Below are positions 40,701 through 51,053 of a stretch of DNA of 64,000 bases, piece by piece. Within the stretch, counting starts at the first letter, position 1. Each line of letters begins with the position of its first letter. Both the position numbers and the translations under genes were made by a program. Location of the stretch: contig CAWFKH010000001.1 of the NCBI GenBank assembly GCA_963816355.1, positions 576,001 to 640,000 of the forward strand. Direction: 5' to 3'. The DNA comes from an uncultured Gemmatimonadales bacterium (GTDB lineage Bacteria; Gemmatimonadota; Gemmatimonadetes; Longimicrobiales; RSA9). The notes below the pieces were generated by a model. That model made no database searches. It was not told the origin of the DNA and saw nothing but the letters and a program-made list of their open reading frames with translations.

Positions 40701-41356
40701 GCCTCCCCTCCTTCCACGGCCGCCACACCCCGCCGCACGAACGCCACCGCGTGATCCACCATCGGCTGCCGCGCCGCCGGCTCCGTCACGTCCAGCCCCG
40801 CCACGGCCCGCACCATCCGCCGCAGCAGCGTCATGTGCAGCGGCTGCGACACCAGACTGACCGCGAACAGCGTCGGGTCGCCCGCCCGGATCGCACCCTC
40901 CTCCTGACCCGTCTCGATCACCCCCCGCAACGCCGCCAGCATCCCACGCACCGCCGCCACCGCCTCCGCCGGAGGATCCCGACCCACCGCCATCTCCTGC
41001 AGGATCAACTGCGGCAGCTCCGGCATCTCCGCCAGCGCCGCGAAGAACGCCCGCACCACCGCCTCCACGCGGTCGAGCGCCCCGGCGCCCGGCACCCCCG
41101 CCGCCGCCGTCACCCGCGCCACGAGCGGCGCCGCCGACTCCGACACCACCGCGCCGTACAGCGCCCGCTTCGACCCGAAGTGGTACGTGATCGAACCCAG
41201 GTTCGCGCTCGCCGCCCGCGTGATCGCCCGCACCGACGCGCCGTCGTAGCCGCGCTCAGCGAACAACCGTCGCCCGGCGCGGATCAGCGCCTGCCGCGTT
41301 GCCGGCGCGAGCTCGGCCGCGGGGCGTGTGTACGGATCGGAGGTGGGCTGGCTCAT
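40697..41356 (-). CDS. TetR family transcriptional regulator
   Basis: LFAERGYDGASVRAIT...ITYHFGSKRALY HTH. Confidence 0.92.
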   Translation of the reverse strand: MSQPTSDPYTRPAAELAPATRQALIRAGRRLFAERGYDGASVRAITRAASANLGSITYHFGSKRALYGAVVSESAAPLVARVTAAAGVPGAGALDRVEAVVRAFFAALAEMPELPQLILQEMAVGRDPPAEAVAAVRGMLAALRGVIETGQEEGAIRAGDPTLFAVSLVSQPLHMTLLRRMVRAVAGLDVTEPAARQPMVDHAVAFVRRGVAAVEGGEA

Positions 41357-41368
41357 ACGAACGTATGA
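41353..41368. promoter_or_regulatory. Putative TetR operator overlapping the tetR start codon
   Basis: Perfect inverted repeat TCATACG-AA-CGTATGA in an AT-rich patch. Confidence 0.7.
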
Positions 41369-41510
41369 ATAACGCGCCCAACGACGACGTGCAAGAGGGC
41401 TCCACGCGACGCGAGCCGCGGCCCCGCAGTCCCCGCGGCCCCGCGCGGGCGTCCACGGGCACGCGAACGAGGGGCGCGCGCGGCGGCGGGCCTGGCCGGC
41501 CGGGCGGCCG

Positions 41511-42434
41511 TCAGCTCTGCGGCAGCTCCGGCGGATGACGCTCGAGGCGCGTGTCCTGCCAGGAGGCGGGGTCCTCGATCGGCTCGAGGTGGGTGAAAAC
41601 GGTGGTGTTGGGGACGGCGGCGCGGATGCGCTCCTCGATGTGTTCGAGCAGGTCGTGGCCACGCTGGACGGACCAGTCGCCGGGGACGAGGATGTGGAAG
41701 GACACGAAGCGGCGGGCGCCGGCCTGGCGGGTGCGGAGTGCGTGGTAGCGGACGCCGGCGGGCGTGGCGGTGTCGATGATGGCGACGATGGTGGAGCGGG
41801 TGGGCTCGGGGAGGGCGGTGTCGAGGAGTCCGAGGGCGGAGCGGCGGAGGAGCCGCACGCCGATGACGATGATGTTGACGGTGACGCCGAGGCCGACGAT
41901 CGGGTCGAGGCGGTGCCAGCCGGTGAGGGCGGCGAGGCCGACGCCGACGACGACGCCGACGGAGGTCCAGACGTCGGTGATGAGGTGGTGGGCGTCGGCC
42001 TCGAGGGTGATCGACTCGTAGCGGCGGCCGGCCTGGAAGAGGAGTCGTGCGACGCCGAAGTTGATGAGGGAGGCGATGGCGGCGATGGTGATGCCGATGC
42101 CGGCGTCGGGAATGGGGCGCGGGTGGAGAAGGCGCTGAGCGGAGGCGACGGCCATGCTGATGGCGGCGACGAGGATGAGGGCGCCTTCGAAGCCGCTGGA
42201 GAAGTACTCGGCCTTGCCGTGGCCGTAGGCGTGCTCCTCGTCGGCGGGGCGGGCGGCGACGGAGAGCGCGACGAGGGCCATGATGGCGGCGGCGAGGTTG
42301 ACGATCGACTCGAGGGCGTCGGAGAGGAGGCCGACGGACCCGGTGAGCAGGTAGGCGCCGCTCTTGAGGCCGATCGTGACGATCGCCGCGATGATGGAGA
42401 CGACGGCGTAGCGTTTCAGCCCGGGTCGCTGCAA
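41511..42434 (-). CDS. Cation diffusion facilitator (CDF) transporter
   Basis: [39 protein letters not shown] start. Confidence 0.93.
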   Translation of the reverse strand: MQRPGLKRYAVVSIIAAIVTIGLKSGAYLLTGSVGLLSDALESIVNLAAAIMALVALSVAARPADEEHAYGHGKAEYFSSGFEGALILVAAISMAVASAQRLLHPRPIPDAGIGITIAAIASLINFGVARLLFQAGRRYESITLEADAHHLITDVWTSVGVVVGVGLAALTGWHRLDPIVGLGVTVNIIVIGVRLLRRSALGLLDTALPEPTRSTIVAIIDTATPAGVRYHALRTRQAGARRFVSFHILVPGDWSVQRGHDLLEHIEERIRAAVPNTTVFTHLEPIEDPASWQDTRLERHPPELPQS

Positions 42435-42577
42435 GGCCTCCTCCTGTCGCGCGGCGCGAACGGGAGGGCAACTTGCCGGATCGAGCGCCGCGGCGAAAGG
42501 ACTTGTGCTTCCGGGGTTTCGGGTGCAGGAATTAGAGGGCCTACGTCGCTTCCCTCGAGGACCGATGGAGGGGCAGG

Positions 42578-42895
42578 ATGATCATTCGAACGTGGCGCGG
42601 GCGAGCCGACCTCGCCGAGGCGGATAGCTACCTGGAGACGTTGCGGGAGACGAAGCTGCAGAGCTACGTGAGCGCGGAAGGCAATCTGGGCGTGTACGTG
42701 CTGCGGCGTCGCTCCGGCGGCACGGCGGAGTTCCTGATCCTGTCGATATGGGAGTCGACGGAGGCGGTGCGCAATTACGCGGGTTCCGAAGTGGACCACG
42801 CGCTTTCGCCCGCGGCGACCGATTCCTTCTTCGATTTCGACTCGGACGTGAAGTACTACGAGGTGCTCGTGGCGCCGGAGCACGTAGGCGCTTGA
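42578..42895 (+). CDS. Antibiotic biosynthesis monooxygenase-like (dimeric alpha/beta barrel) protein
   Basis: MIIRTWRG...GNLG...[14 protein letters not shown]...YEV. Confidence 0.75.
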   Translation: MIIRTWRGRADLAEADSYLETLRETKLQSYVSAEGNLGVYVLRRRSGGTAEFLILSIWESTEAVRNYAGSEVDHALSPAATDSFFDFDSDVKYYEVLVAPEHVGA

Positions 42896-44127
42896 AGCCC
42901 CGCGGGCGGGGCCCGCGGACGCGATCGCGGAACGGCGAAGGGGCGGACGACCTCTTCGCCGTTTGCGCGCCCGGGTTCGAGGCGCTGCTGGCGGCGGAGC
43001 TGCGGGCGCTGGGCGTCGCCGGCGTGGCGGAGCGGGGCGGCGTCGCGTTCCGCGGCGGTTCTCGCGAGCTCTACGACGTCTCGCTCGGCGCGCGCACGGC
43101 GAGCCGCGTGCTGCTCCGCCTCGCGACGTTCCGGGCGACGGCGTTCTGGGAGATGGAGAAGGCCGCCCGGCGCGTGGCGTGGGGAAGGGTCGCGTCGGAA
43201 GGGACGCCGGTGCGCTTCCGCGTGACGTCGCACCGCTCGCGGCTCTACCACGAAGGTGCGGCCGCCGAGCGCCTGGCGCGGGAGGCGGCGCGCGCGGTGG
43301 GAGCGGTGCCGGAGCCGGCGGAGCGCGAGCCGGGGGCGACGGAGCGCGAGCGCGAGCCGGCGGAGCGCGCTGCGGAGCCGGCGTCGCAGGGCTTCGTCGT
43401 TCGCATCGAGCGCGACGTGCTCACGGTGAGCGCCGACGCATCCGGCGCGCTGCTGCACCGGCGCGGCTACCGCGAGGCGGTGGCGAAGGCGCCGCTGCGG
43501 GAGACGCTGGCGGCGGCGATGGTGCTCGCCTGCGGCTGGGACGGCGCGGTCCCGCTGCTCGACCCCTTCTGCGGCTCCGGCACGATCGCGATCGAGGCGG
43601 CGCTCATCGCGCGCCGCATCCCGCCCGGCCTCGCCGCCGCGGACCGCGCGCCGCGCGCGTTCGCGTTCCAGCGCTGGCCCGGCTTCGACGGCGCGGCGTG
43701 GGCGGCGGCGCTCGAAGCGGCCCGCTGCCGGATCCTGACGACGGCGCCGGCCGAGATCCTCGCCTCGGACCGCGACGCCGGCGCGATCGAGGCCGCGCGC
43801 GCGAACGCGGCGCGGGCGGGCGTGGAAGGCGACGTCGTCTTCGACACGCGCGCGCTGTCGGCGGTCGAGCCGCCGGCGGGGCCGGGGCTGCTGCTGACGA
43901 ATCCGCCGTACGGCGCCCGGGTGGGAGAGGTCGACGCGCTGAGGGACCTCTACGCTGCGCTGGGTGGGCTGGCGCGGCGCCGGCTGAGCGGCTGGACGCT
44001 CGCGCTGCTCTCGGCGGAGCGGCGGCTGGAGGGGCAGGTCGGCCTCGCGTTCGAGGAGCGCATGCGCACGCGCAACGGAGGCATCCCGGTCCGCCTCGTC
44101 CGCGCCGTCGTGGGGGACGCCGTCTGA
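42892..44127 (+). CDS. THUMP-domain RNA methyltransferase (RlmL-like)
   Basis: CAPGFE, LHRRGYR, APLRETLAA, DPFCGSGT, TNPPYG; TTG start overlapping the upstream TGA. Confidence 0.88.
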   Translation: MKPRGRGPRTRSRNGEGADDLFAVCAPGFEALLAAELRALGVAGVAERGGVAFRGGSRELYDVSLGARTASRVLLRLATFRATAFWEMEKAARRVAWGRVASEGTPVRFRVTSHRSRLYHEGAAAERLAREAARAVGAVPEPAEREPGATEREREPAERAAEPASQGFVVRIERDVLTVSADASGALLHRRGYREAVAKAPLRETLAAAMVLACGWDGAVPLLDPFCGSGTIAIEAALIARRIPPGLAAADRAPRAFAFQRWPGFDGAAWAAALEAARCRILTTAPAEILASDRDAGAIEAARANAARAGVEGDVVFDTRALSAVEPPAGPGLLLTNPPYGARVGEVDALRDLYAALGGLARRRLSGWTLALLSAERRLEGQVGLAFEERMRTRNGGIPVRLVRAVVGDAV

Positions 44128-44141
44128 GTGCGGGAGGCCTC

Positions 44142-45185
44142 TCAGTACCCCTCGCCTTCCGCGCTCACCTTCCCGGCGAAGCGGCGGTACAGGTAGACGA
44201 AGTAGCCGCTGGCGAGGAGCATGCCGGGGATCCACCACATGAGGCCGATGCGCAGCCCGGCGGCGGGCGCGGCGACGGCGTGGGCGGTGAGGCCGCGAGC
44301 GAGGTCGCCGTTGGAGGGCAGAACGTAAGGGTAGAGGCCGGCGGCGGCGCTGGCGAGCATGCCGACGAGGTAGGTGGCGCAGGCGAGGAACGCGGCGCGC
44401 GGCCGGTCGCGGGCGACGCCCCACGCCACGACGGCGAGGCCGGCGACGGCGAGCGCGGGCAGGAGGAAGTAGGCGGGCGAGGCGAGCATGTGCCGGGACA
44501 CGAGCGGCTGCACCCACCAGGTCACGGCGGTGACGGCGACGACGAGCGCGAGGGTGAGCGGCCACGCGACGCGCGCGGCGCGGCGGGCGCGATCGGCGAC
44601 GTCGCCAGTGGTCCTGAGCCACACCCAGAGCGCGCCGTGGAGGGCGAGCGAGACGAGGGCGGCGGCGCCGACGATGAGCGTGTACCAGTCGAGGACGCCG
44701 GTGTCGCCGCCGGTACGGAAGTGGGTCCAGAGCGGCTCGAAGAACCAGCCGTCGGCGTCGAGCGGGACGCCGCGCACGACGTTGCCGAGGGCCACGCCGA
44801 AGAAGAGCGCGAGGAGCCCGCTGGCGAAGGCGAAGACGACGTCCCAGAAGGGCGCCCAGACGGGGCCCTGCACGTGGCTGCGGAACTCGATGGCGATGCC
44901 GCGCAGCACGAGGAGCCAGAGCACCATCATGAGCGGCAGGTAGAAGCCGCTGAAGCTGGAGGCGTAGAGGGCGGGGAAGGCGAAGTAGAGGGTGCCGCCG
45001 GCGGCGAGGATCCACACCTCGTTGCCGTCCCAGAAGGGGCCGATGCTGCGGAGCACCGTGCGCCGCTCGGCGTCGGTGCGGGCGAGCAGCAGGTGGAGCA
45101 TGCCGGCGCCCAGGTCGAAGCCGTCCAGGACGACGTAGCCGCAGATCATGATGGCGACGAGCCAGAACCACAGGGTCTCGAGCAT
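44142..45185 (-). CDS. cydB: Cytochrome bd oxidase subunit II
   Basis: LDGFDLGAG, GPFWDGNEVW, RGIAIEFR. Confidence 0.95.
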   Translation of the reverse strand: MLETLWFWLVAIMICGYVVLDGFDLGAGMLHLLLARTDAERRTVLRSIGPFWDGNEVWILAAGGTLYFAFPALYASSFSGFYLPLMMVLWLLVLRGIAIEFRSHVQGPVWAPFWDVVFAFASGLLALFFGVALGNVVRGVPLDADGWFFEPLWTHFRTGGDTGVLDWYTLIVGAAALVSLALHGALWVWLRTTGDVADRARRAARVAWPLTLALVVAVTAVTWWVQPLVSRHMLASPAYFLLPALAVAGLAVVAWGVARDRPRAAFLACATYLVGMLASAAAGLYPYVLPSNGDLARGLTAHAVAAPAAGLRIGLMWWIPGMLLASGYFVYLYRRFAGKVSAEGEGY

Positions 45186-45197
45186 GATCGCCTCCCC

Positions 45198-46544
45198 TCA
45201 GGCGGCGGCGGGGGCAAGCGAGTCCGGCCCCTCCGGTCCGTGCTGGATCTCGCGCACGACGAGGAAGAGGAAGAGGATGCCGAGCACCATGTAGAGGCCC
45301 ATGAAGCCGAGGAGGGTGAAGGTCGCGTTGCCGGAGGAGACGGTGGTCGAGATGCCGGCGCGCGTGCGCATGACGCCGTAGAGGAGCCACGGCTGCCGTC
45401 CCACTTCGGCGGTGATCCACCCCGCCGTGTTGGCGATGTAGGGGAACGGCAGGCAGAGCATCAGCAGCCACAGCGCGGGGCGCGAATCGAAGAGCGTGCC
45501 GCGCCAGAGCATGAAGGCGCAGAGCGCGAGGACGGCGATGAAGATCGTGCCGAGGCCCACCATGATGTGGTAGGCGAAGTAGAGCAGCGGCACGTTGTCG
45601 GGCCACTCCGATCTGGGGAAGTCGTCGAGCCCGCGCACGCGCGCTTCCCAGCGGCGGTAGGTGAGGAAACTGAGCGCGCGCGGGACGGCGAGGCGGTTGT
45701 CGAGCTCGAGCCGCTGCATGTCGGGCTGCCCGAGGATGACGAGCGGCGCACCGCTCTCACTGTGGAAGACGCCCTCCATCGCGGCGAGCGTCGCCGGCTG
45801 GTGCTGGGCGACCATGCGGCCGTGGCGGTCGCCCAGCGGGTAGAGCTGCACGACGCTCGCGATCACGCCGACGACGACGCCGAGGCGCACGAAGGTGCGG
45901 CCGTGGCTCTCGTGCCGGCCGGTGAGCAGGTAGAAGGCGCCGATGCCGGCGACCACGAAGCTGCCGGTGATCACGGCGCCCACCATGTTGTGCAGGTACT
46001 GCCAGATCAGCCAGTCGTTGCCGAAGAAGGCGCCGAGGCTGGAGATCGCGAGGTCGCCGCGCGGCCCCACGACGTAGCCGGTGGGGTGCTGCATGAAGGC
46101 GTCGGTCGCGATGATGAACCAGCCGGAGAGCCACGAGCCGACGAAGACGAGGAGCGACGTCGCCCAGTGCGCGCGTCGGCTCAGCCGCTTCTCGCCGAAG
46201 AGGAAGAGGCCGAGGAAGCTCGATTCCAGGAAGAAGGCGAAGACGCCCTCCATCGCGAGCGGCTGACCGATCACGCCGCCCGCCGCGCGCGAGAAGGTGG
46301 CCCAGTTCGTCCCGAACTGGAACTCCATCGGGATTCCGGTCACCACGCCGACCGCGAAGTTGATCGCGAAGATGCGGGCCCAGAAGCGGGCCGCGCGGTC
46401 GAGGTGCTCGCTGCCGCGCCGCCACGCCGCCGTCTTCAGGATGAAGAGCAGCAGCGCCAGCCCCATCGTGAGCTGCGGGAACAGGTAGTGATAGGTGACG
46501 GTGAACGCGAAGAGCAGGCGGTCGACGGTTACCGGGTCGGACAT
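45198..46544 (-). CDS. cydA: Cytochrome bd oxidase subunit I (short Q-loop type)
   Basis: YHYLFP, GIPMEFQFGTNW, FFLES, EVGRQPW. Confidence 0.95.
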   Translation of the reverse strand: MSDPVTVDRLLFAFTVTYHYLFPQLTMGLALLLFILKTAAWRRGSEHLDRAARFWARIFAINFAVGVVTGIPMEFQFGTNWATFSRAAGGVIGQPLAMEGVFAFFLESSFLGLFLFGEKRLSRRAHWATSLLVFVGSWLSGWFIIATDAFMQHPTGYVVGPRGDLAISSLGAFFGNDWLIWQYLHNMVGAVITGSFVVAGIGAFYLLTGRHESHGRTFVRLGVVVGVIASVVQLYPLGDRHGRMVAQHQPATLAAMEGVFHSESGAPLVILGQPDMQRLELDNRLAVPRALSFLTYRRWEARVRGLDDFPRSEWPDNVPLLYFAYHIMVGLGTIFIAVLALCAFMLWRGTLFDSRPALWLLMLCLPFPYIANTAGWITAEVGRQPWLLYGVMRTRAGISTTVSSGNATFTLLGFMGLYMVLGILFLFLVVREIQHGPEGPDSLAPAAA

Positions 46545-46577
46545 GCTCGCTCCGGGGTCGGGTTCGGGATCGGCCGG

Positions 46578-47030
46578 TCAGCGGTGCGAAAGGTGGACGC
46601 CGCGGCGAGCGCCCCACGCGCCGCCCAACTCGAGCAGGCGCGCCTCGCCGAGCATCCCTTCCACCAGCTCGAAGGCGACCTCCTCCTCCTTCAGGAAGTG
46701 CAGCCGCGCGACGTCGATCACGTCCACGAGCAGCTCGCGCGCATCGCGAATGTCGCGTGTCGAGGCGAGCGCGTCCAGCAGTCTGGCGATCTCCTCGTGC
46801 TCGCCGCGCATCGCGCGCAGCGCGGGCAGCTCCGCCTCCGCGGCGGCGTCGGCGGCGTCGAAGAGGAGCCGATCCTCGAGCTCGGCGTGACGCCGGAGGG
46901 CGGCGCCGAGCATCGCGGCGGCCGCGCGCAGGGCGGGCAGGTCGTCGCCCACGGCGAGGCGCGCCTCGAGGTGATCGAGCTGCGCGTTGAGCGCGCCGTG
47001 CTCGCCGCGGAACGCGTCGGTGATCCTCAT
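46578..47030 (-). CDS. Hemerythrin-like (HHE) domain protein
   Basis: EH...HAELEDRLLF...EH...HFLKEEEVAF: H-HxxxE-H-HxxxE pattern. Confidence 0.8.
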   Translation of the reverse strand: MRITDAFRGEHGALNAQLDHLEARLAVGDDLPALRAAAAMLGAALRRHAELEDRLLFDAADAAAEAELPALRAMRGEHEEIARLLDALASTRDIRDARELLVDVIDVARLHFLKEEEVAFELVEGMLGEARLLELGGAWGARRGVHLSHR

Positions 47031-47037
47031 GGCGACC

Positions 47038-48063
47038 TCACGGCACCACGACGGCGCGCACCGGGTCGCCGGCGCGCAGCGCGTCGAAGGCGGCGTTGAT
47101 GTCGTCGAGCGGGAAGCGGTGCGTCACCAGCTCCGCGACGCGGATCCGCCCCTGCCTCGCCAGCTCGACGACGCGCGGGTAGTCGACGGGTCGGCAGCCG
47201 AGCGAGCCGACCACCTCGAGCTCCCGGAACATGACGCGCCCCGCGTTGAGCGGCAGCGTCTCCGGGCTGTAGCCGACGAGCACGAGCCGGCCGCCGGTGC
47301 GCAGGCAGGAGAGCGCCTGCTCCTGCGTCGCCGCGCGACCCACCGCCTCGAAGGCGATGTCGGCGCCGCCGCCACCGGTGAGGCGCCGGACCTCGCGGTC
47401 GAGGCGCGACACCGCGCCGGCGTCGATCGTCGCTTCGGCACCGAGCCGCGCGGCCCACTCCAGCTTCGCCGGGGAGAGGTCGACGGCGATGACGCGGCCG
47501 CCGAGCGCCGCCGCGAGCTGCACCACGTTCAGCCCGATGCCGCCGCAGCCGATGACGACGACGCGGTCGCCCGGCTGCATCGCCGCGCGCCGCACCACCG
47601 CGTGGTACGGCGTGGTCAGCGCGTCGGCGATGATCGACCCTTCGACGAGCGGAATCTCCTCCGGCAGCGGGACGGCGTGGCGGGCCTCGACGCGGATGAA
47701 CTCCGCGTAGCCGCCGTCGACGTGGTTGCCGAGCATGACGCCGTTCTCGCAGATGTTCTCGCGGCCGGTGCGGCAGGCGGCGCAGCGTCCGCACGGCAGG
47801 ACGGCCGGCAGGAGGACGCGGTCGCCGGGGGCGAGGTCCGTGACGCCCTCGCCGAGCTCGGCGACCGTGCCGGAGACCTCGTGTCCGAGGATCATCGGCG
47901 GCGCTTTGAAGGTGGGCGTGCCGTGGTCGACGTAGTGCAGGTCCGTGTGGCACACGCCGCACGCCGCCACCCGCACCACCACCTCGCCCGGGCCGGGCTC
48001 CGGCGTGGGCGCTTCCTCCAGCACGAGCGGCCGGTCGGGGCCGAGGAAGAGGGCGGCCTTCAT
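47038..48063 (-). CDS. had: 6-hydroxycyclohex-1-ene-1-carbonyl-CoA dehydrogenase (Zn-MDR)
   Basis: [46 protein letters not shown]; operon context. Confidence 0.78.
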   Translation of the reverse strand: MKAALFLGPDRPLVLEEAPTPEPGPGEVVVRVAACGVCHTDLHYVDHGTPTFKAPPMILGHEVSGTVAELGEGVTDLAPGDRVLLPAVLPCGRCAACRTGRENICENGVMLGNHVDGGYAEFIRVEARHAVPLPEEIPLVEGSIIADALTTPYHAVVRRAAMQPGDRVVVIGCGGIGLNVVQLAAALGGRVIAVDLSPAKLEWAARLGAEATIDAGAVSRLDREVRRLTGGGGADIAFEAVGRAATQEQALSCLRTGGRLVLVGYSPETLPLNAGRVMFRELEVVGSLGCRPVDYPRVVELARQGRIRVAELVTHRFPLDDINAAFDALRAGDPVRAVVVP

Positions 48064-48887
48064 CGCATCACCTCGAGCTTTGCCAGGCGGCGGGCGGCGA
48101 GCACCGCGGCGCCGATCGAGCCGGTGAACTGGACCATCTCGCCCGGCGGCACGTTCACGCCCTCGCCCAGGTGCTCGCCCATCACGCGGACCATGGTCGG
48201 GAATCGCATGATGCCGCCCACGAGCGTGAACTCCGGCTCCATCTGCACGCGCTTCATGAGTTGCACCGAGCGCGTCACCAGGGAGCGCATCGCGCCGTGC
48301 ATGATGTCGCCGGGGGCGCACCCCTCGCTGACGTGGTTGATCACCTCCGACTCTGCGAAGACGGCGCACACGCCGGAGATCGCGACCGCCTCCGTCGACG
48401 CGTCGACCAGCGGACCGATCTCCTCGATCCGGTATCCGAGGTAGCGGGCGGTCTTCTCGAGGAAGGCGCCGGTGCCGGCCGCGCACTTGTCGTTGAGGCG
48501 GAAGGAGCGGACCTTGCCGCGGTCGTCGAGGCGGATCGCCTTCATCGTCTGGCCGCCCACGTCCAGCACGGTGCGCGTGCGCGGGTGGAAGAAGCGCGCG
48601 CCCCATGCCTGCGCCGTCAGGTCCGTCACCTGCACGTCGCGGAAGGAGACCTGGTAGCGGCCGTAGCCGGTGCTCGCGACGTAGCCGATCGCCTCGCGCG
48701 CCACGCCCGCCGCCTGCAGCGCCGCATCGAGCGTGCTCCGCGCCGCTTCCTCGAGACGGAATCCGGTGGGCATCAGGGCGGTGCCGAGCAGCGTGCCGTC
48801 CGCGATCACCGCCGCCTTCGTGTAGGTCGAGCCCAGGTCGATCCCCGCCGTGATGCGGCCTCCGCCGACGCCGATCGCCGTCGTCAT
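48060..48887 (-). CDS. Benzoyl-CoA reductase ATP-binding subunit (BcrA/D, CoA-activase family)
   Basis: [41 protein letters not shown]. Confidence 0.88.
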   Translation of the reverse strand: MTTAIGVGGGRITAGIDLGSTYTKAAVIADGTLLGTALMPTGFRLEEAARSTLDAALQAAGVAREAIGYVASTGYGRYQVSFRDVQVTDLTAQAWGARFFHPRTRTVLDVGGQTMKAIRLDDRGKVRSFRLNDKCAAGTGAFLEKTARYLGYRIEEIGPLVDASTEAVAISGVCAVFAESEVINHVSEGCAPGDIMHGAMRSLVTRSVQLMKRVQMEPEFTLVGGIMRFPTMVRVMGEHLGEGVNVPPGEMVQFTGSIGAAVLAARRLAKLEVMR

Positions 48888-49715
48888 GCGTCGCCTCCCT
48901 TCGTTGCCGGCGCGAGCGCGTCCGCTGCGGCCGGCGCCGCCGCACGCTCGAGCGCGAAGAGCGCCGCCCCCAGCGCGCCCATGAAGTGCGATTCGTCGCC
49001 CACGTTCAGCCGCGTGCCGAGCAGCTCCTGCAGCACCGCGATCATCGCCTCGTTGCGCGCGACGCCGCCGGTGAACGTGACCTCGTCCTCGATGCCGACG
49101 CGGCGCAGCAGCGCCACCGAACGGGCCGCGATCGAGCGGTGCACCCCGAGCAGGATGTCCTCGATCTTCTTGCCGCGCGCGAGCCAGGAGAGCACTTCGG
49201 ACTCGGCGAAGACGGTGCAGGTCGTGGTGATGTCGACCGGCTTCTGGCCCGCGAGCGCGCGCGCGCCCAGCTCCGGCATCGGGATCTCGAGCGCGGCGGA
49301 GGCGGACTGCAGGAAGCGGCCGGTGCCCGCGGCGCATTTGTCGTTCATGCAGAAGTCGAGGACGTCGCCGCCCGCCTGGATGCGGATCGCCTTCGTGTCC
49401 TGGCCGCCCATGTCCAGGACGGTCCGCGTGCCGGCGAACATCTCGGCCGCGCCGCGCGCGTGGCAGCAGATCTCCGTCACCTGCGCGTGGCCGAACTCGA
49501 CCTTGTAGCGGCCGTAGCCGGTGCCGATGACGAAGCCGACGTCGCTCTCCGCTCACGCCGCCGTCGGCGAGCGCGAGCGCGAACGCCTGCTCGGCGGCCC
49601 GGACGACGTTCGCACCGGTGGCGATCAGGCTGCGGCCGACAATGCCGCGCGCGTCGTCCACGATCACCGCCTTCGTCTGGGTCGAGCCGACGTCGACCCC
49701 CGCGGCGTAGGTCAT
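48884..49715 (-). pseudogene. Second benzoyl-CoA reductase ATP-binding subunit with a 1-bp frameshift near 49550 (sequencing error or true lesion)
   Basis: GVDVGSTQTK in one frame; [35 protein letters not shown] in another; span 832 nt = 3n+1. Confidence 0.85.
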
Positions 49716-51025
49716 GCGAGCCCCCGTGGTTGGTGTCCGTGCCGGATGCGGCGCGACTCGAGGCCTTCGAAGAAGGCGTCGATGCGGTTCTTGAGCTGCG
49801 CCTCCGAGACGACGCGCTTGTCCATCATGTCGCTCTCGATGTAGAGGCACTGCACGTCGCGGTTGGCGAGCACGACGCGGCGGCTGTCGGCGAGGCCGGT
49901 CGAGACGGTGCGGCAGCTCTTGACCGGGTGGAAGACGACGCCGTCGGCGTTGAAGAAGTCGATCGCATCGAGGAGCGCGCGGTCGTGGAAGATCATCGCG
50001 TCCGTGGCGCCGCGCAGCCCGCGCACGAGCCCCTCCGCCAGGCTCTCGAGCGGGCGCTCGAGGTCGTACTCGAAGCCGAGGTCGAGGCCGCCGGTGGCGA
50101 ACCACAGGTAGGTCGAGCTGACGAAGACGCCGTTCCATTCGGAGAACAGCTCGAAGAAGCGCCGGAAGATCGGATAGCACGGCACGCCGACGAAGACGAG
50201 GCGGTGGCGCTCCTCCGGGATCGCGCCCACGCCGAGCTCCGCCTTCGCCTCCATCTCCTCGACGAGGTCGTGGAAGTAGGCCGCGCCCTCCGGCGTGCCG
50301 CGCAGGCCGTTGGCGACGCCGAGGTAGATCGTGCCCTCCGTGAGCGCGTCGAAGACGGCCGGCGAGCCGCGGTTCAGCTCCAGCAGCCGCTTCCAGTCGC
50401 GGCTCATGCGGTTGGTCCGGTCGAGTACCTCGCGGAAGCGGTCCATGTCGAAGCGGCGGCCGGTGACGTGCTCGCACAGCTCGATCAGCTCGCCCACCTG
50501 CTGCTCGACGTAGCGGCGGTCCGGCTCGAGCGTGGCCGCGGGCTGGTCCCCGGCGCTCGCCGCGCTGCGCGAGCCCGGCACGTCGAGCGTGAAGATCGGG
50601 ACGTGGTGCAGCCGCTCCCAGATCTCGGCCCACTTGATGTACGTGTTGCAGGCGTTGGTCAGCACGGCCAGGCTCGGCCGTGGGATGCGGCCCATCGGGT
50701 GGCGGCCGTCGCGCAGCTGCACCGCCACGTCCGCCTTCACGTATCCGCACACGTCCGGCGAGTAGCCGTAGTCCTCCGCGTAGCCGAGGTAGTCGGCGGA
50801 CACCTTCTTCACCGCCGTCTGCAGCGAGTTGATCTCCGGGAAGACGACGTGCAGGTCGAAGACGCGCAGCACCTCCACCAGGCTGCCCATGACGAAGACG
50901 TAGGCGGCCTGCTCGCCGGCGTCCGCCGCCCGCGTCAGGCGCATGAACCAGTCGGCGAAGAGCCGCTTGCCGTCCCGCACGCCGCGTCCGAAAAGCTCCT
51001 GCGTCCCCCGCGTGGCCAGCGCCAT
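49712..51025 (-). CDS. bcrB: Benzoyl-CoA reductase subunit B-like (2-hydroxyacyl-CoA dehydratase family)
   Basis: FPEINSLQ, GYSPDVCGYVK, CNTYIKW, KSCR, IESDMMD...RIDAFFE. Confidence 0.8.
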   Translation of the reverse strand: MALATRGTQELFGRGVRDGKRLFADWFMRLTRAADAGEQAAYVFVMGSLVEVLRVFDLHVVFPEINSLQTAVKKVSADYLGYAEDYGYSPDVCGYVKADVAVQLRDGRHPMGRIPRPSLAVLTNACNTYIKWAEIWERLHHVPIFTLDVPGSRSAASAGDQPAATLEPDRRYVEQQVGELIELCEHVTGRRFDMDRFREVLDRTNRMSRDWKRLLELNRGSPAVFDALTEGTIYLGVANGLRGTPEGAAYFHDLVEEMEAKAELGVGAIPEERHRLVFVGVPCYPIFRRFFELFSEWNGVFVSSTYLWFATGGLDLGFEYDLERPLESLAEGLVRGLRGATDAMIFHDRALLDAIDFFNADGVVFHPVKSCRTVSTGLADSRRVVLANRDVQCLYIESDMMDKRVVSEAQLKNRIDAFFEGLESRRIRHGHQPRGLA

Positions 51026-51053
51026 GTTGCCTCCTCCGCGTGCAGCGTCTCGC

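Noticed and set aside
49540..49560. Programmed frameshift or selenocysteine recoding in the activase gene
   Set aside because: There is no slippery run. The nearby TGA is not in the N-terminal reading frame and is not at a Cys position.
48060..50750. 896-aa ORF appearing to fuse reductase subunits
   Set aside because: It is an artefact of the 1-bp frameshift plus off-frame read-through. The real genes are resolved separately.
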